DNA of 64,000 nt from Polyangia bacterium (GTDB lineage: Bacteria; Myxococcota_A; Polyangia; Palsa-1104), in NCBI GenBank assembly GCA_039923495.1, contig JBDTCO010000042.1:7925-71924 (forward strand), in the 5' to 3' direction. Made by a program: the position numbers and the translations under genes. The number at the start of each line of letters is the position of its first letter. The stretch's first letter is position 1. This document shows, one piece after another, positions 1 to 9,259 of this stretch. The notes under the pieces were generated by a model. That model did not search any database, had not been told where the DNA came from, and saw only the letters and a program-made list of their open reading frames with translations.

Positions 1-41
1 CTGGCGCCAGTCGTACGCCCGGCGACCTCCGGACAAAGGGC

Positions 42-1064
42 GTGGCGCTCGGCTTCGTGGTGCCGGGCGCACAGCTCGAGCGCGCGCTTTCGGAGGTGCA
101 CAGGCTCGGCGCCGACGAGGTCTCGATCCTCGTGCCGCTCTACACCGAAGGAATCGACGGGACGACCGTGCAGCGCGGCGCGCTCGACGACGCACGCGGT
201 GGCGACGGCGATCTGCACCCTGCGCCGCTGCAGACGAACGTCGACGAGACGCAGCGCTCGGACGCGCAGCTCGCCGAGGTGATCACGCGCGCCCGCGCGC
301 ACGGGCTGTCGGTGCTGGTGTTCCCGATCGTGCGGCTGCGCGTGCGTCGCGCGGGCGAGTGGCGCGGCAAGCTCGCGCCGCCGGATCGCGACGGCTGGTG
401 GGATGCCTACACGGCGCAGCTCCGAGCGATCGCCACCGTCGCTGCGCGCGCGGGCGCGACCCGCCTGGCGATCGGCTCGGAGCTCGTGTCGTTCGAGGGC
501 GACGTGCAGCGCTGGTGCGCGCTCGCGGCCTCGCTACGCCGGATCTTTCCGGGCCGTCTTTGCTACAGCGCCAACTGGGATCGCTATCGTGACGTGCAGT
601 TCTGGAGCGCTGTCGACGACATCGGGATCTCCGCGTACTTCTCGCTGGCCGAGCGCGGCACGTCGCCGTCGATCGCGGCGCTCACGAAGGCGTGGCGCCC
701 GATCGTCGACGAGCTGCGCGCGTTCGCCACCCGGATTGGTCGACCCGTGCTCTTCACGGAGGTCGGCTTTCCTTCGGTGAAAGGCGCCGCGTACTGGCCC
801 TGGAACGATCACCAGCTCAAGACCGCTTGCAACGCCGGCGAGGGCTGTGAAGGCGCGCTCGATCTCGAGGGACAGCGGCGGCTGTGGTCGGCCTTCGTGC
901 GCGTGTTCGGCGCGGGTCAGACGCCGTTCCTGCGCGGCACCTACGTGTGGTTGTGGGCGGGTCGGGGTGGCCTGTGCGATCGTGGCTACACGCCCCACGG
1001 TAAGCCCGCCGAGGCGGTGCTGAAGTCATGGTACGGTGGGACGCGCTCGCTGCCGATCCCCTGA
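42..1064 (+). CDS. Putative TIM-barrel glycoside-hydrolase-like protein (clan GH-A-like), possibly 5'-truncated by the window edge
   Basis: 340-aa ORF with normal composition. Segments IGSELVS and FTEVGFPS resemble the acid/base and nucleophile Glu strands of GH-A enzymes. The frame is open from nt 3, so the true start may lie upstream of the window. Confidence 0.45.
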   Translation: MALGFVVPGAQLERALSEVHRLGADEVSILVPLYTEGIDGTTVQRGALDDARGGDGDLHPAPLQTNVDETQRSDAQLAEVITRARAHGLSVLVFPIVRLRVRRAGEWRGKLAPPDRDGWWDAYTAQLRAIATVAARAGATRLAIGSELVSFEGDVQRWCALAASLRRIFPGRLCYSANWDRYRDVQFWSAVDDIGISAYFSLAERGTSPSIAALTKAWRPIVDELRAFATRIGRPVLFTEVGFPSVKGAAYWPWNDHQLKTACNAGEGCEGALDLEGQRRLWSAFVRVFGAGQTPFLRGTYVWLWAGRGGLCDRGYTPHGKPAEAVLKSWYGGTRSLPIP

Positions 1065-1087
1065 GCGCACGACCCCCGGAGGCCCTC

Positions 1088-1243
1088 ATGACGAAGCTCA
1101 TCCTGTTCACGCTCGCGATGCTGTGCACGCTCCAGGTCGCGTGTGGCGGCGGTGCCAAGCAGACCAACACCACGACCACTGGCGCCACGACCGCGACCCC
1201 GGAGAACGCGGGCGGCTCGGCCGAGTCGCAGCCGAGCAAGTAG
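1088..1243 (+). CDS. Small lipoprotein (51 aa), Thr/Gly-rich mature part
   Basis: ATG at 1088 gives MTKLILFTLAMLCTLQVACGG, a signal peptide with lipobox LQVAC. The part of the track ORF upstream of 1088 overlaps the preceding gene. Confidence 0.5.
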   Translation: MTKLILFTLAMLCTLQVACGGGAKQTNTTTTGATTATPENAGGSAESQPSK

Positions 1244-1245
1244 CG

Positions 1246-2220
1246 CTGCGCCTCGCCCGGTACCGGTGCGGGCTCGCGACCCTGCTCGTCTTGCTGGCGA
1301 CGCACGCGGGGACCGCGCACGCGGGCGCGTGGGTGCCCGAGCCGGGCCATTTCTACCTCGAGCTGCGCGGGCTGTTCGTCACGGCGACGCAGGGCTTCTC
1401 TCCGGACGGCGGTCGGCGTCAGCTGAAGGCCGGCTCGAGCCTCACTCTTTCGGGCGCGCCCGGTGGTGCGACACCCGCGCGGCTGCGCGACGGCGCGGCG
1501 CTGGTCTACGGCGAGATCGGGCTCGCGACGCGGCTCGCGGTCGTCGTCGACTTCACGCTCGTGCGCTCGGTCACCGTCGAGCGGCAGGACACGCGCGCGC
1601 TCTCGTCGGTGGGTGTGGGTGACCTGCATGCGGGCTTGCGGCTCGTGCTGCTCGACGAGGAGGTGAGCTGCGCAATCGAGGCCAAGCTCGGCATCCCGAC
1701 CGGTCGCTCCGATGGGGAGGTACCGCTCGGCACCGGCGACCTGCGGGGCGAGCTCACGCTGCACCTCGGGCACGTGTGGGAGCGCGTGCCGTTCTTCGTG
1801 CAGGTCGCGCTCGGTGCCGAGCTGCGTGGGAGCGGCACGCAGCGCGTCGAGAGCCCGAGCTTCATGAGCTCCGTCCACGATGTGAACGTCGACTACGCGT
1901 CGGAGCTCGTCTATGCGGCCGAGGTGGGCTACCTCGCGCGCATCGGTGAGCGCGTGCGCCTCTCGCCGTCGATCCGAGTCGACGGGGTGTACGGGACGCG
2001 CAAGCCCACGACGGACGAGCCCGCGTCCCTCGAAGTCGACCCCATCGCACCGGCCTCGATGCGCTACCTGCGCCTCACAGCGCAGCTCGCCGCGGAGATC
2101 CGGCCCTCTCCGAAGAAGCCTGGCGCCGTCGTCGTCGGCCTCGGCGGAGGCGCGTTCGTGTGGGGCCAGGGGCTGCCCGCTGAAGGACAGGTCACCCTCG
2201 CGCTCGGGTACAAGCGGTAG
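1246..2220 (+). CDS. Secreted, probable outer-membrane beta-barrel-like protein; start uncertain
   Basis: Frame of ORF 1036..2220. A signal-like N-terminus (LRLARYRCGLATLLVLLATHAGTAHAGA) is followed by alternating beta-strand-like sequence. No ATG or GTG lies next to the signal peptide. CTG 1246 is the nearest candidate start, and the 1036 ATG would add Arg/His-rich junk that overlaps two genes. Confidence 0.4.
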   Translation: MRLARYRCGLATLLVLLATHAGTAHAGAWVPEPGHFYLELRGLFVTATQGFSPDGGRRQLKAGSSLTLSGAPGGATPARLRDGAALVYGEIGLATRLAVVVDFTLVRSVTVERQDTRALSSVGVGDLHAGLRLVLLDEEVSCAIEAKLGIPTGRSDGEVPLGTGDLRGELTLHLGHVWERVPFFVQVALGAELRGSGTQRVESPSFMSSVHDVNVDYASELVYAAEVGYLARIGERVRLSPSIRVDGVYGTRKPTTDEPASLEVDPIAPASMRYLRLTAQLAAEIRPSPKKPGAVVVGLGGGAFVWGQGLPAEGQVTLALGYKR

Positions 2221-2229
2221 CCGCAGATC

Positions 2230-3747
2230 GTGGCTCGGTCGTTTGCGCCGTGGTATCGTCATGGCGCCAGCGTGAATCGACCTCCAGACAAAGACGGCAT
2301 CGACGAGCACACGAACCCGGGCATGGCGCCGCCAGGGCGTGGGGAGTCGTCGGTCATCGTCGACGGCGTGGATCCTTCCCCGGGTGCGGCCGCGGCGGCG
2401 CCGGACGACGAGGACGAGTTTCCATCGGAGACGACGCGTATCGATCCGAACTTCATGTCGGGCGGCAAGCCTGCGGGCTCGCCCGTGCGTACCGTCGCGT
2501 CGCTCGATCAACTGGCGGCACAGCGCGCGCAGAACGCCCGCTCGTCGGGCTCGAACAGCGCGCCCCCACCCAGCGATCGCAGCGATCGCGCGGGCAAGCA
2601 GCAGAACGCCAAGCTCGCGGCGCTCAAGTCGCTCTCGCTCGGTGGCGATGGAGGCTCGGGCACCTCGCGTCTGCCGCCTGCGCCGCGTCCGCAGAGCTCG
2701 AGCAAGCTGCCGTGGTTGCTCGTCGTCGCGATGGGCGGTGCCATCGGTGGCAACTACTACTGGACGCACCGGACCCCGTCGGGGCCCATCGTGCCGTCGG
2801 GGCCGGTGCTGCGTACCGAGCGCATCGCGATGACGGGTGGAAGCGGCCAGTCGCATGTCGCGGCCGGCTACACCAACGCCATGTTCATCGTGCAGATCGG
2901 CACCCCCGTCTCCGGCACCGTCAAGACGCTCGACGTCGACAACAACGACAAGGTGAAGCGCGGTCAGATCGTCGTCACGCTCGACGCGTCGGCTGCGCAG
3001 GCCGAGCTCGCGCCCGCCATCGCCGCCGTGCGGGACGCCGAGCGCTTGCTCACGCAGACCAACCAGCTCTTCAAGGCGCAGGCCGCCACCGCCGTCGAGG
3101 TCTCGAACGCGCGCGGCGCCGTCGATGTCGCGCGCTCGAAGCTCCGTCCCATCGAGCAGCGCATCGATCAGGCACGCATCCACGCGCCCAGTGATGCCAC
3201 GGTCATGGAGGTCCTCGTGCATCCGGGCGAGGCCGTCAACGCGGGCGCGCCGCTGCTCAAGGTCGCCGACCTCACCAAGCTCGTCGCGGAGGTCGACATC
3301 AACGAGAGCGACCTCGTGAAGATCCGTCGTGGCCAGAACGTCGACATCACCTCCGACGCGGCTGCCGACACGTACCACGGCAAGGTCCGCGAGATCTCCG
3401 CGCAGGCCGATCGCGCGAAGGGCACCGTGCTCGTCAAGGTCGACCTCCAGGTTCCCGACCAGGCGCTGCGTCCGAACATGAGCGTCAAGTGCACGTTCCT
3501 GCCGATGCAGGGCGAGCAGCCGCGCATGTACATCTCGAAGACCTCGATCAACTCGCAAGGCAACGTCTGGATCATCGGTCCCGATCACTACACGAGCGCG
3601 CGCCCCGTGAAGGTGGGCCAGGTCGTCGGGAGCACCGTGGAGGTGCTCTCGGGGCTCAAGGAAGGCGACGAGATCGTCTCCGACTCGAGCCTCGTGCGCG
3701 ATCACCAGCTCATCGCCCCACCAGCGCCGCCACCGCCGGCGCAGTAG
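2230..3747 (+). CDS. HlyD-family periplasmic adaptor (membrane fusion protein) with a long disordered N-terminal extension
   Basis: About 175 aa of low-complexity cytoplasmic tail, a TM segment (LPWLLVVAMGGAIGGNYYW), then a typical biotinyl-lipoyl/coiled-coil/beta-barrel MFP pattern (VSGTVKTLDVDNNDKVKRGQIVVTLD ... IHAPSDATVMEVLVHPGEAVNAGAPLLKVADL). Confidence 0.8.
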   Translation: MARSFAPWYRHGASVNRPPDKDGIDEHTNPGMAPPGRGESSVIVDGVDPSPGAAAAAPDDEDEFPSETTRIDPNFMSGGKPAGSPVRTVASLDQLAAQRAQNARSSGSNSAPPPSDRSDRAGKQQNAKLAALKSLSLGGDGGSGTSRLPPAPRPQSSSKLPWLLVVAMGGAIGGNYYWTHRTPSGPIVPSGPVLRTERIAMTGGSGQSHVAAGYTNAMFIVQIGTPVSGTVKTLDVDNNDKVKRGQIVVTLDASAAQAELAPAIAAVRDAERLLTQTNQLFKAQAATAVEVSNARGAVDVARSKLRPIEQRIDQARIHAPSDATVMEVLVHPGEAVNAGAPLLKVADLTKLVAEVDINESDLVKIRRGQNVDITSDAAADTYHGKVREISAQADRAKGTVLVKVDLQVPDQALRPNMSVKCTFLPMQGEQPRMYISKTSINSQGNVWIIGPDHYTSARPVKVGQVVGSTVEVLSGLKEGDEIVSDSSLVRDHQLIAPPAPPPPAQ

Positions 3748-3756
3748 CCACGACGC

Positions 3757-5133
3757 TCAGAGCTTGATCGTGCCCTCTGCGAAGAGCAGCTGGTACGCGG
3801 CGAGCTCGCGCTGGTACTGCGACTGCGCCTTGTTGGTCTCGGCCTCGAACACCGCGACCTGCGCGGTGAGCACGTCGATCGGGAGCGCCTTGCCGAGCTT
3901 GTACTGGAGCGAGACGAGCTCGTAGTTCTTCTGCGCGGCCGCCTGCTGCGCGGTCGCGATCTCGATGGCCTTGTTGGCGGTCTGCAGCAGGGCGAGCGCC
4001 TGGCGCACGTCGTCGCCGACGTGGCGGCGTTGCAGCGACTCCTGGTAGGCGGCGACATACGTGTGCTCCTTCTGGAGCTTCACGTTGATCCACTCGGTGC
4101 CCGCCTGGAAGATCGGCAGCGTGAACGTGCCGAAGATGCCGTACGTCGGGAAACGGAAGTCCGTGGGACTGCTCGAGAGCGCCGTGACGACGTAGCCGCC
4201 CTGGAGGGTGATGTCGAGGGTGGGCCACAGGATCTGCGACTCGAGCTGGCTCACCGTCGCCCGCGATTGCAGCGTCGCGAAGTGCAGCGCGCGGAGGTCT
4301 GCACGATTGTTGGGCGCGCGCTCCATGGCCTCGGTGAGCGCAGCCTGCGATGGCGTCGGCGGCAGCGTGAGGATGCCCGGCGGCGGGACGCCGATGAGGC
4401 GCTGGAACTGCGACGCCTGTATCTTCAGCGCGCCCTCGGCGCTGTTGACGCTGATCTGCGCACGGTTGAGGTCGATCTGCGCGAGCAGGACGGCGGTGAC
4501 GAGCGCGGCACCGGCGCGCTGCTTGTCGGTGGCCGATTGCACCTGCTGCTCGCCGCGCTGCACGGCACCCTGCGCGATGATCACCTGCGTGCGTGCCTGG
4601 AGCACCCCGATGAACACCGTCGCGACATCGAACATGAGCTGCTGCTTGGCGCGCAGCAGCAACTGCTCGGCGCCCTGGATGCCGAGCGCGGCTTGCCGAC
4701 GCGCGTCGAAGATCGCCCGGCGGAACACCGGCTGCGCGATCGAGGCGATCGCGCTGAACTGGTACGGCGCCTGGATGCCGAGGCCTGCCGCGATCCCCGC
4801 GACCGGCTGCGCCTTCGCGTTGTTCTGGTAGCGACCCGTGAGGACGCCCGTGATGGTGGGCGCCACCATCGTGAGCTGCTGCGTGTACGTCGTGTCCGCG
4901 ATGTCGCGGTTGCCGACTGCGACCTGCACCTGCTGGCTGGTGCTGAGGGCGAGCTCGTAGGCCTCGCTGAGGCTGAGCTCCTTCGGTCGCGAGTCCGCAC
5001 GCGCAACGTCGTGCGCCGCGCTCAACCCGCAGAAGGCCAGGCCGACAGAGAAGAGTAGCGCCGTGAGGCTAGCCCTTCGGAGCAACTTTGGAGCGCTCGA
5101 ACGTGTGGAGGAGAGTGTGCTCCTTGAGGCCAA
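3757..5133 (-). CDS. TolC-family outer-membrane efflux protein
   Basis: 458-aa ORF with a signal peptide and two repeats of the TolC-like helical pattern (LSLSEAYELAL..., QYKLGKALPIDVLTAQ...). An alternative TTG start at 5085 gives a cleaner signal peptide. Either start overlaps the 3' end of comA. Confidence 0.8.
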   Translation of the reverse strand: MASRSTLSSTRSSAPKLLRRASLTALLFSVGLAFCGLSAAHDVARADSRPKELSLSEAYELALSTSQQVQVAVGNRDIADTTYTQQLTMVAPTITGVLTGRYQNNAKAQPVAGIAAGLGIQAPYQFSAIASIAQPVFRRAIFDARRQAALGIQGAEQLLLRAKQQLMFDVATVFIGVLQARTQVIIAQGAVQRGEQQVQSATDKQRAGAALVTAVLLAQIDLNRAQISVNSAEGALKIQASQFQRLIGVPPPGILTLPPTPSQAALTEAMERAPNNRADLRALHFATLQSRATVSQLESQILWPTLDITLQGGYVVTALSSSPTDFRFPTYGIFGTFTLPIFQAGTEWINVKLQKEHTYVAAYQESLQRRHVGDDVRQALALLQTANKAIEIATAQQAAAQKNYELVSLQYKLGKALPIDVLTAQVAVFEAETNKAQSQYQRELAAYQLLFAEGTIKL

Positions 5134-5839
5134 GTCGGAAGGACTCCAGCGTGAGGAGATCGGTGGGGGGGATGTTGCCGAGGTTCACGTTCGGCCCGAA
5201 GCGCTTGATCATCCAGACCTGTTGTTTGCGCTCGAACGCCTCGAACACGAGCTTGTCGAGGCTCGTGGCCTCGATGACCTCGTCGACGAAGTCGGAGCGG
5301 ATGTCGTGACCGACCGGACCGATCTCGCGACCCTCGACGACGATCTTGTGCGCGCCGGCCGCGAGCTCCTCGTGCACGACGGTCTTCCAGTCGCGCACCT
5401 GGCGATCGATCTTGCCGCCGATCTCGGAGAAGACCTCGACGTGCTTCGCGAACTTCTCGAGCCACATCAGCTTGTCCTTGTGCGACATGTCGATGACGCC
5501 ATCGGAGAGCTCGATGTGCAGCTTGTGGTGCACCGCGAAGTCGAGCAGCTGCGGCACTCGATTGCGGAGGTAGGCGTACTCGAAGAGCGTGCCACCGAGC
5601 ATCGGCGTGATGCCGTGGTGGCGGTAGCGCTCGAGCTTGGCCTCGAGGTTCGCCGTGATGAGCGACGAGCCCCAGGCAATCTTCGCGTAGTCGCAGTAAG
5701 GACCTGCTACCTCGGCAAAGTCGTCGATGCCCCTGATGCCCATCTGACCCTTGTCGATCATGAGCGTCAGACCGTTGGTTCGCGGCTTCGCCGTACGCTC
5801 ACCGCGGTCGAGCAGTGCGTTGGTCAGCTGTGCTGTCAC
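5069..5839 (-). CDS. comA: (2R)-phospho-3-sulfolactate synthase
   Basis: Aligns by eye along its length with archaeal ComA: GGTLFEYA, ELSDG, IVVEGRE, FEAFERKQQVW, NLGNI, LESFRLGLK. Confidence 0.88.
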   Translation of the reverse strand: MTAQLTNALLDRGERTAKPRTNGLTLMIDKGQMGIRGIDDFAEVAGPYCDYAKIAWGSSLITANLEAKLERYRHHGITPMLGGTLFEYAYLRNRVPQLLDFAVHHKLHIELSDGVIDMSHKDKLMWLEKFAKHVEVFSEIGGKIDRQVRDWKTVVHEELAAGAHKIVVEGREIGPVGHDIRSDFVDEVIEATSLDKLVFEAFERKQQVWMIKRFGPNVNLGNIPPTDLLTLESFRLGLKEHTLLHTFERSKVAPKG

Positions 5840-5957
5840 GAGAACTCCTTCGCGATACCGTATCGGCTTTTTCTGGACGACGAAAGATTATTAAGCTGGC
5901 CGACGCTCTGTACAGAATGGCTTGGGCCCGGGGTGGATTGGGATTGTCGTCAGGTGC

Positions 5958-7307
5958 TCAGGCAGGGCACGCGGCGATGAGCCCCGCGGTTCGCGCGCTG
6001 ATGATTGTCGTGTCGGCGGAGCGTACGAGGATGCCCCCTTGTGTGCCGAGGTAGTCGTAGATGCCGTACGAGAGCTGCGCGCCGGTGAGGAGGTCTCTGT
6101 TCGGCTCGATGAAGTCCTGTAGCACCCACTCGGGGTCGGACCACACCTCGTCGAGCTTGTGCGCCCACGCATCGGGGCCGACGTCGCGGCCGATGAGGAC
6201 GCCGTGCGAGCCGCCGAAGCGACAGGGCTTGAGCACGAGCTCCGCGCGCCGGCGTCGGGCTTCCTCGGGCGTGAAGGCCGAGTGCCGCGCGCGATGATCG
6301 ATCGTCTCGGCGACGTGCGCGTGGAGGTACGCGCGATCGTCGGTGGTCAGGGGCAGCTCGGGGCGGTCGATCCACGCGAGCAGCGCCTTCGACAGCGCGC
6401 GATACGAGCGCAGCGGCGAGAAGATCGTGAAGGTGCGCTCCGCCAGTGCCTCGGCGAAGCCGGGCAGCGAGAGCACGGCCTCCGTCGAGCTGCCGGCGTT
6501 CGAGTAGTCGCCGACCTTCGACGCGAAGCGTGTCTGCTCGTACCTTTGCTGCTGGTAGCCGAGATAGAAGACCCAGTCCGCCCACAGCGCATCGACGCGT
6601 GTCGCCCCCACGTACAGACCACCCCCATCGACTCGTACGTCACCGGGCCTGCCGAGCACGGGCTCCAGCCCCGCCCGACGCAGCTCGTGCGCCCACTGGA
6701 GCTTCGAGCCCCGGTGCATGCCCGGCATGAGCAACAGGCCGACGGTGGGACGCTCGGGCTTGCTCGCCACGGTCTCGTCGATGAAGCGGCGCATGCTCGC
6801 GGTCTTGTCGCGCGAGAACGCATCGAGCGACGCCGCGAACGGGTCGCCCTGCCTGTGGAGCGCGTGCGCCATGTACGCGATGCCGCGCTGGTGCAGGGTC
6901 GAGACGCCGATGGGGTTCAGCTCGATGACGCGGAGCTTGCCGTCGGCGTCGAGGACGCAGTCGTAGCGCCCGAGCACGAGCGGCGAGCGATCGCCCTCGG
7001 CCTCCGCGATGCGCTCGTACGGCTGGCCGATCTGGCGCGCGGGCTCGGCAGCGAGCGCGCCCTTCGCGTCGACGATCGCGCGATAGAACCTGTCGAAGCG
7101 GGTGACGAGCTCGTTCGCTTTCTCGACGAGCCACGAGGCCGCCGTGGCGGGCCGGCTCAGCGCCGCGGCGAGGCCTTCCGAGCGCAAGAAGGGCCGATCG
7201 CGCAGCTCCTCTTCGAGCGCCGTCCACACCCCGTCTGCCAGCGCGGGTCGAAGGCCCGTGTCATCGGACGACGCTGAACGTGGATCGGAGTCATCGGAAG
7301 GCTTCAT
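5958..7307 (-). CDS. Circularly permuted ATP-grasp (type 2, glutathionylspermidine-synthase-like) amide ligase, paralogue 1
   Basis: LGRYDCVLDADGKLRVIELNPIGVS and C-terminal LVLKPCRFGGSHGVLIG ... WVLQDFIEP match the CP-ATP-grasp pattern. I chose the ATG at 7307 (MKPSDD) because the longer track ORF overlaps the divergent ggt gene. Confidence 0.6.
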   Translation of the reverse strand: MKPSDDSDPRSASSDDTGLRPALADGVWTALEEELRDRPFLRSEGLAAALSRPATAASWLVEKANELVTRFDRFYRAIVDAKGALAAEPARQIGQPYERIAEAEGDRSPLVLGRYDCVLDADGKLRVIELNPIGVSTLHQRGIAYMAHALHRQGDPFAASLDAFSRDKTASMRRFIDETVASKPERPTVGLLLMPGMHRGSKLQWAHELRRAGLEPVLGRPGDVRVDGGGLYVGATRVDALWADWVFYLGYQQQRYEQTRFASKVGDYSNAGSSTEAVLSLPGFAEALAERTFTIFSPLRSYRALSKALLAWIDRPELPLTTDDRAYLHAHVAETIDHRARHSAFTPEEARRRRAELVLKPCRFGGSHGVLIGRDVGPDAWAHKLDEVWSDPEWVLQDFIEPNRDLLTGAQLSYGIYDYLGTQGGILVRSADTTIISARTAGLIAACPA

Positions 7308-7335
7308 CGGCCCGCATGATATCGTCTCGCGGGCC

Positions 7336-8988
7336 ATGCGTCCCAGCTCACCGCAGCCGACAGCCAACCTTGCGAACGGCTGCGTCGTCTCGTACTGCGC
7401 GAACGCGTCGGCGGTGGGCGCGCGGGTCCTGCGCCAGGGCGGCAACGCCATGGACGCGGCCGTCGCCACGTCGCTCGCGCTCGCGGTCACCTACCCGCAG
7501 GCCGGAAACCTCGGCGGGGGTGGCTTCCTCCTTCACAAGCCGAAGGGCGGCGAGGCGAGCTTCCTCGACTATCGGGAGACCGCGCCGCGCCGCCTCACCT
7601 CCGAGCTGTTCCTGCACGAGGGCGCGCGCGACGAGCGCCGTGCGACGCGCGGAGGCCTCCCCGTCGCCACACCCGGCACGGTCGCGGGGCTCGCGGAGGC
7701 GCTCGCGAAGCACGGCAGCTGGAGCTGGAAGGACGTGGTCACGCCGGCGCTCGAGCTCGCGCGTCGCGGTGTGTGGCTGACGACGCGACAGTCGCGCTAC
7801 CTCGAGCTCTACACCGATGTGTTCTCCGAGTTCGAGCCGACCGCGCGCACGTTTCTGCCGGGTGGGGTGCCGCTGCTGCCGGGCGAGCTCTTCGTGCAGC
7901 CCGAGCTCGCGTGGACGCTCGAGCGCCTCGCGGAAGAAGGTCCGCGCACGTTCTACGAGGGCGAGCTGGGCGAGCGCGTCGTCCGCACCGTGCGGGCGTA
8001 CGGCGGCGTGCTCGACATGGACGATCTGCGTGACTACACGCCCGTGTGGCGCGAGCCGTTGCACCGCACGTTCCTCGGTCGCGCGGTGGTGGCACCATCG
8101 CTGCCGTCGGGTGGTGGCATCGTGCTGCTCGCGTGCCTCGGTCTGTTCGAGGCCGAGGGACTCTCGTCGACCCCCCCGAACAGCGTCGAGCGCCTCAGCG
8201 CGTACGGTCGCGTGATGCGCGTGGCGTTCAAGCTGCGCGGCGCGCTGCTCGGTGACCCCGATCGTCTCGCGCCGGCCACGCAGGCGCGCGCGAGAGAGAT
8301 CGCCGAGCGAGGCTTTGCGCGTGGCGACCTCGGCAGGCTCGAGCGCTCGCTCGCCGAGGTCGACTCGCGGCTCGGTGGAGAGCAGAACACCACCCATCTG
8401 TGTGTCATCGACTCTGCGGGCAACGCGGTGTCGAACACGTACAGCCTCAACACGATCTTCGGCGCGAAGCTCGTCGTCGATGGCGGCGGCTTCTTCCTCA
8501 ACAACAGCATCGACGACTTCAGTCTCGCCGATGGTGCGCCCAACTGGTACGAGCTCGCCGATGGCAAGGACAACCGCCTCGAACCCGGCAAGCGCCCGGT
8601 CAGCTCGATGACCCCGTCGCTGTTCCTGCGCGACGAGCAGCGTACCTCCCCGGTCGAGCTCGTGATCGGCGGCTCGGGTGGCCCCCGCATCCCGACGCTC
8701 ATCTTCCAGATCGCGCAGGCGACGCTAGGCGATGGCCTCCCGCTCGAGGAGTCGGTGCGTCAGCCGCGCGTGCACCATCAGGACGCACCGCACGAGCTCG
8801 CGGTCGAAGAGGCGCTGCGTCCGGCGATCCGGCAGGCGGTCGAAGCAGGCAGCAAGGCGACGCTCGGCCCCGTCGTCACGACGCCGGTGCTCGGCGTCTG
8901 CGCGGCGCTCCACGTCGCGCAGGCGGGCCCACAGACCGGCTCGCCCACGCTCTCCGCGGTTCTGGATTCTCGCTTCACGCTGGTCTAA
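7336..8988 (+). CDS. ggt: Gamma-glutamyltransferase
   Basis: GNAMDAAVATSLALAVTYPQAGNLGGGGF, autoprocessing Thr context GGEQNTTHLCVIDSAGNAVSNTYSLN, GFFLNN and PVSSMTP. The start is set at ATG 7336. No obvious signal peptide. Confidence 0.85.
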   Translation: MRPSSPQPTANLANGCVVSYCANASAVGARVLRQGGNAMDAAVATSLALAVTYPQAGNLGGGGFLLHKPKGGEASFLDYRETAPRRLTSELFLHEGARDERRATRGGLPVATPGTVAGLAEALAKHGSWSWKDVVTPALELARRGVWLTTRQSRYLELYTDVFSEFEPTARTFLPGGVPLLPGELFVQPELAWTLERLAEEGPRTFYEGELGERVVRTVRAYGGVLDMDDLRDYTPVWREPLHRTFLGRAVVAPSLPSGGGIVLLACLGLFEAEGLSSTPPNSVERLSAYGRVMRVAFKLRGALLGDPDRLAPATQARAREIAERGFARGDLGRLERSLAEVDSRLGGEQNTTHLCVIDSAGNAVSNTYSLNTIFGAKLVVDGGGFFLNNSIDDFSLADGAPNWYELADGKDNRLEPGKRPVSSMTPSLFLRDEQRTSPVELVIGGSGGPRIPTLIFQIAQATLGDGLPLEESVRQPRVHHQDAPHELAVEEALRPAIRQAVEAGSKATLGPVVTTPVLGVCAALHVAQAGPQTGSPTLSAVLDSRFTLV

Positions 8989-9000
8989 GCTGCTCACGCG

Positions 9001-9222
9001 ATGAGTGCAGACGACGAAGACAACCGCACCTACAAGGTGGTTGTGAACCACGAGGAGCAGTACTCCGTGTGGCTCGCCGATCGCGAGGCGCCGGCGGGCT
9101 GGAGAGAGGTCGGCAAATCGGGAACCAAGGCCGAGTGCCTGTCGCACATCAAAGACGTATGGACCGACATGCGCCCGCTCAGCCTTCGCAAGCACATGGA
9201 AGCCGACGCGCAGAAGCAGTGA
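9001..9222 (+). CDS. MbtH-like protein
   Basis: 73 aa. [19 protein letters not shown]...[18 protein letters not shown] is the canonical MbtH signature, including the three conserved Trp. Confidence 0.9.
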   Translation: MSADDEDNRTYKVVVNHEEQYSVWLADREAPAGWREVGKSGTKAECLSHIKDVWTDMRPLSLRKHMEADAQKQ

Positions 9223-9259
9223 TTGTCTCCTGTGACGCCAGCGCCCCCGGGGTGACTCC

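Noticed and set aside
817-3705. 962-aa minus-strand ORF, one of the longest in the track.
   Set aside because: Its composition is extremely Arg/Ala/Asp/His-rich with no recognisable motif. It lies antisense to four well-supported plus-strand genes. This is a typical stop-free shadow frame in GC-rich DNA.
9001-9222. MbtH-like gene taken as a marker that the window contains an NRPS biosynthetic cluster.
   Set aside because: I found no condensation, thiolation, thioesterase or NRPS-type adenylation domains in any frame of the 64 kb. The gene is therefore treated as an orphan; see the findings.
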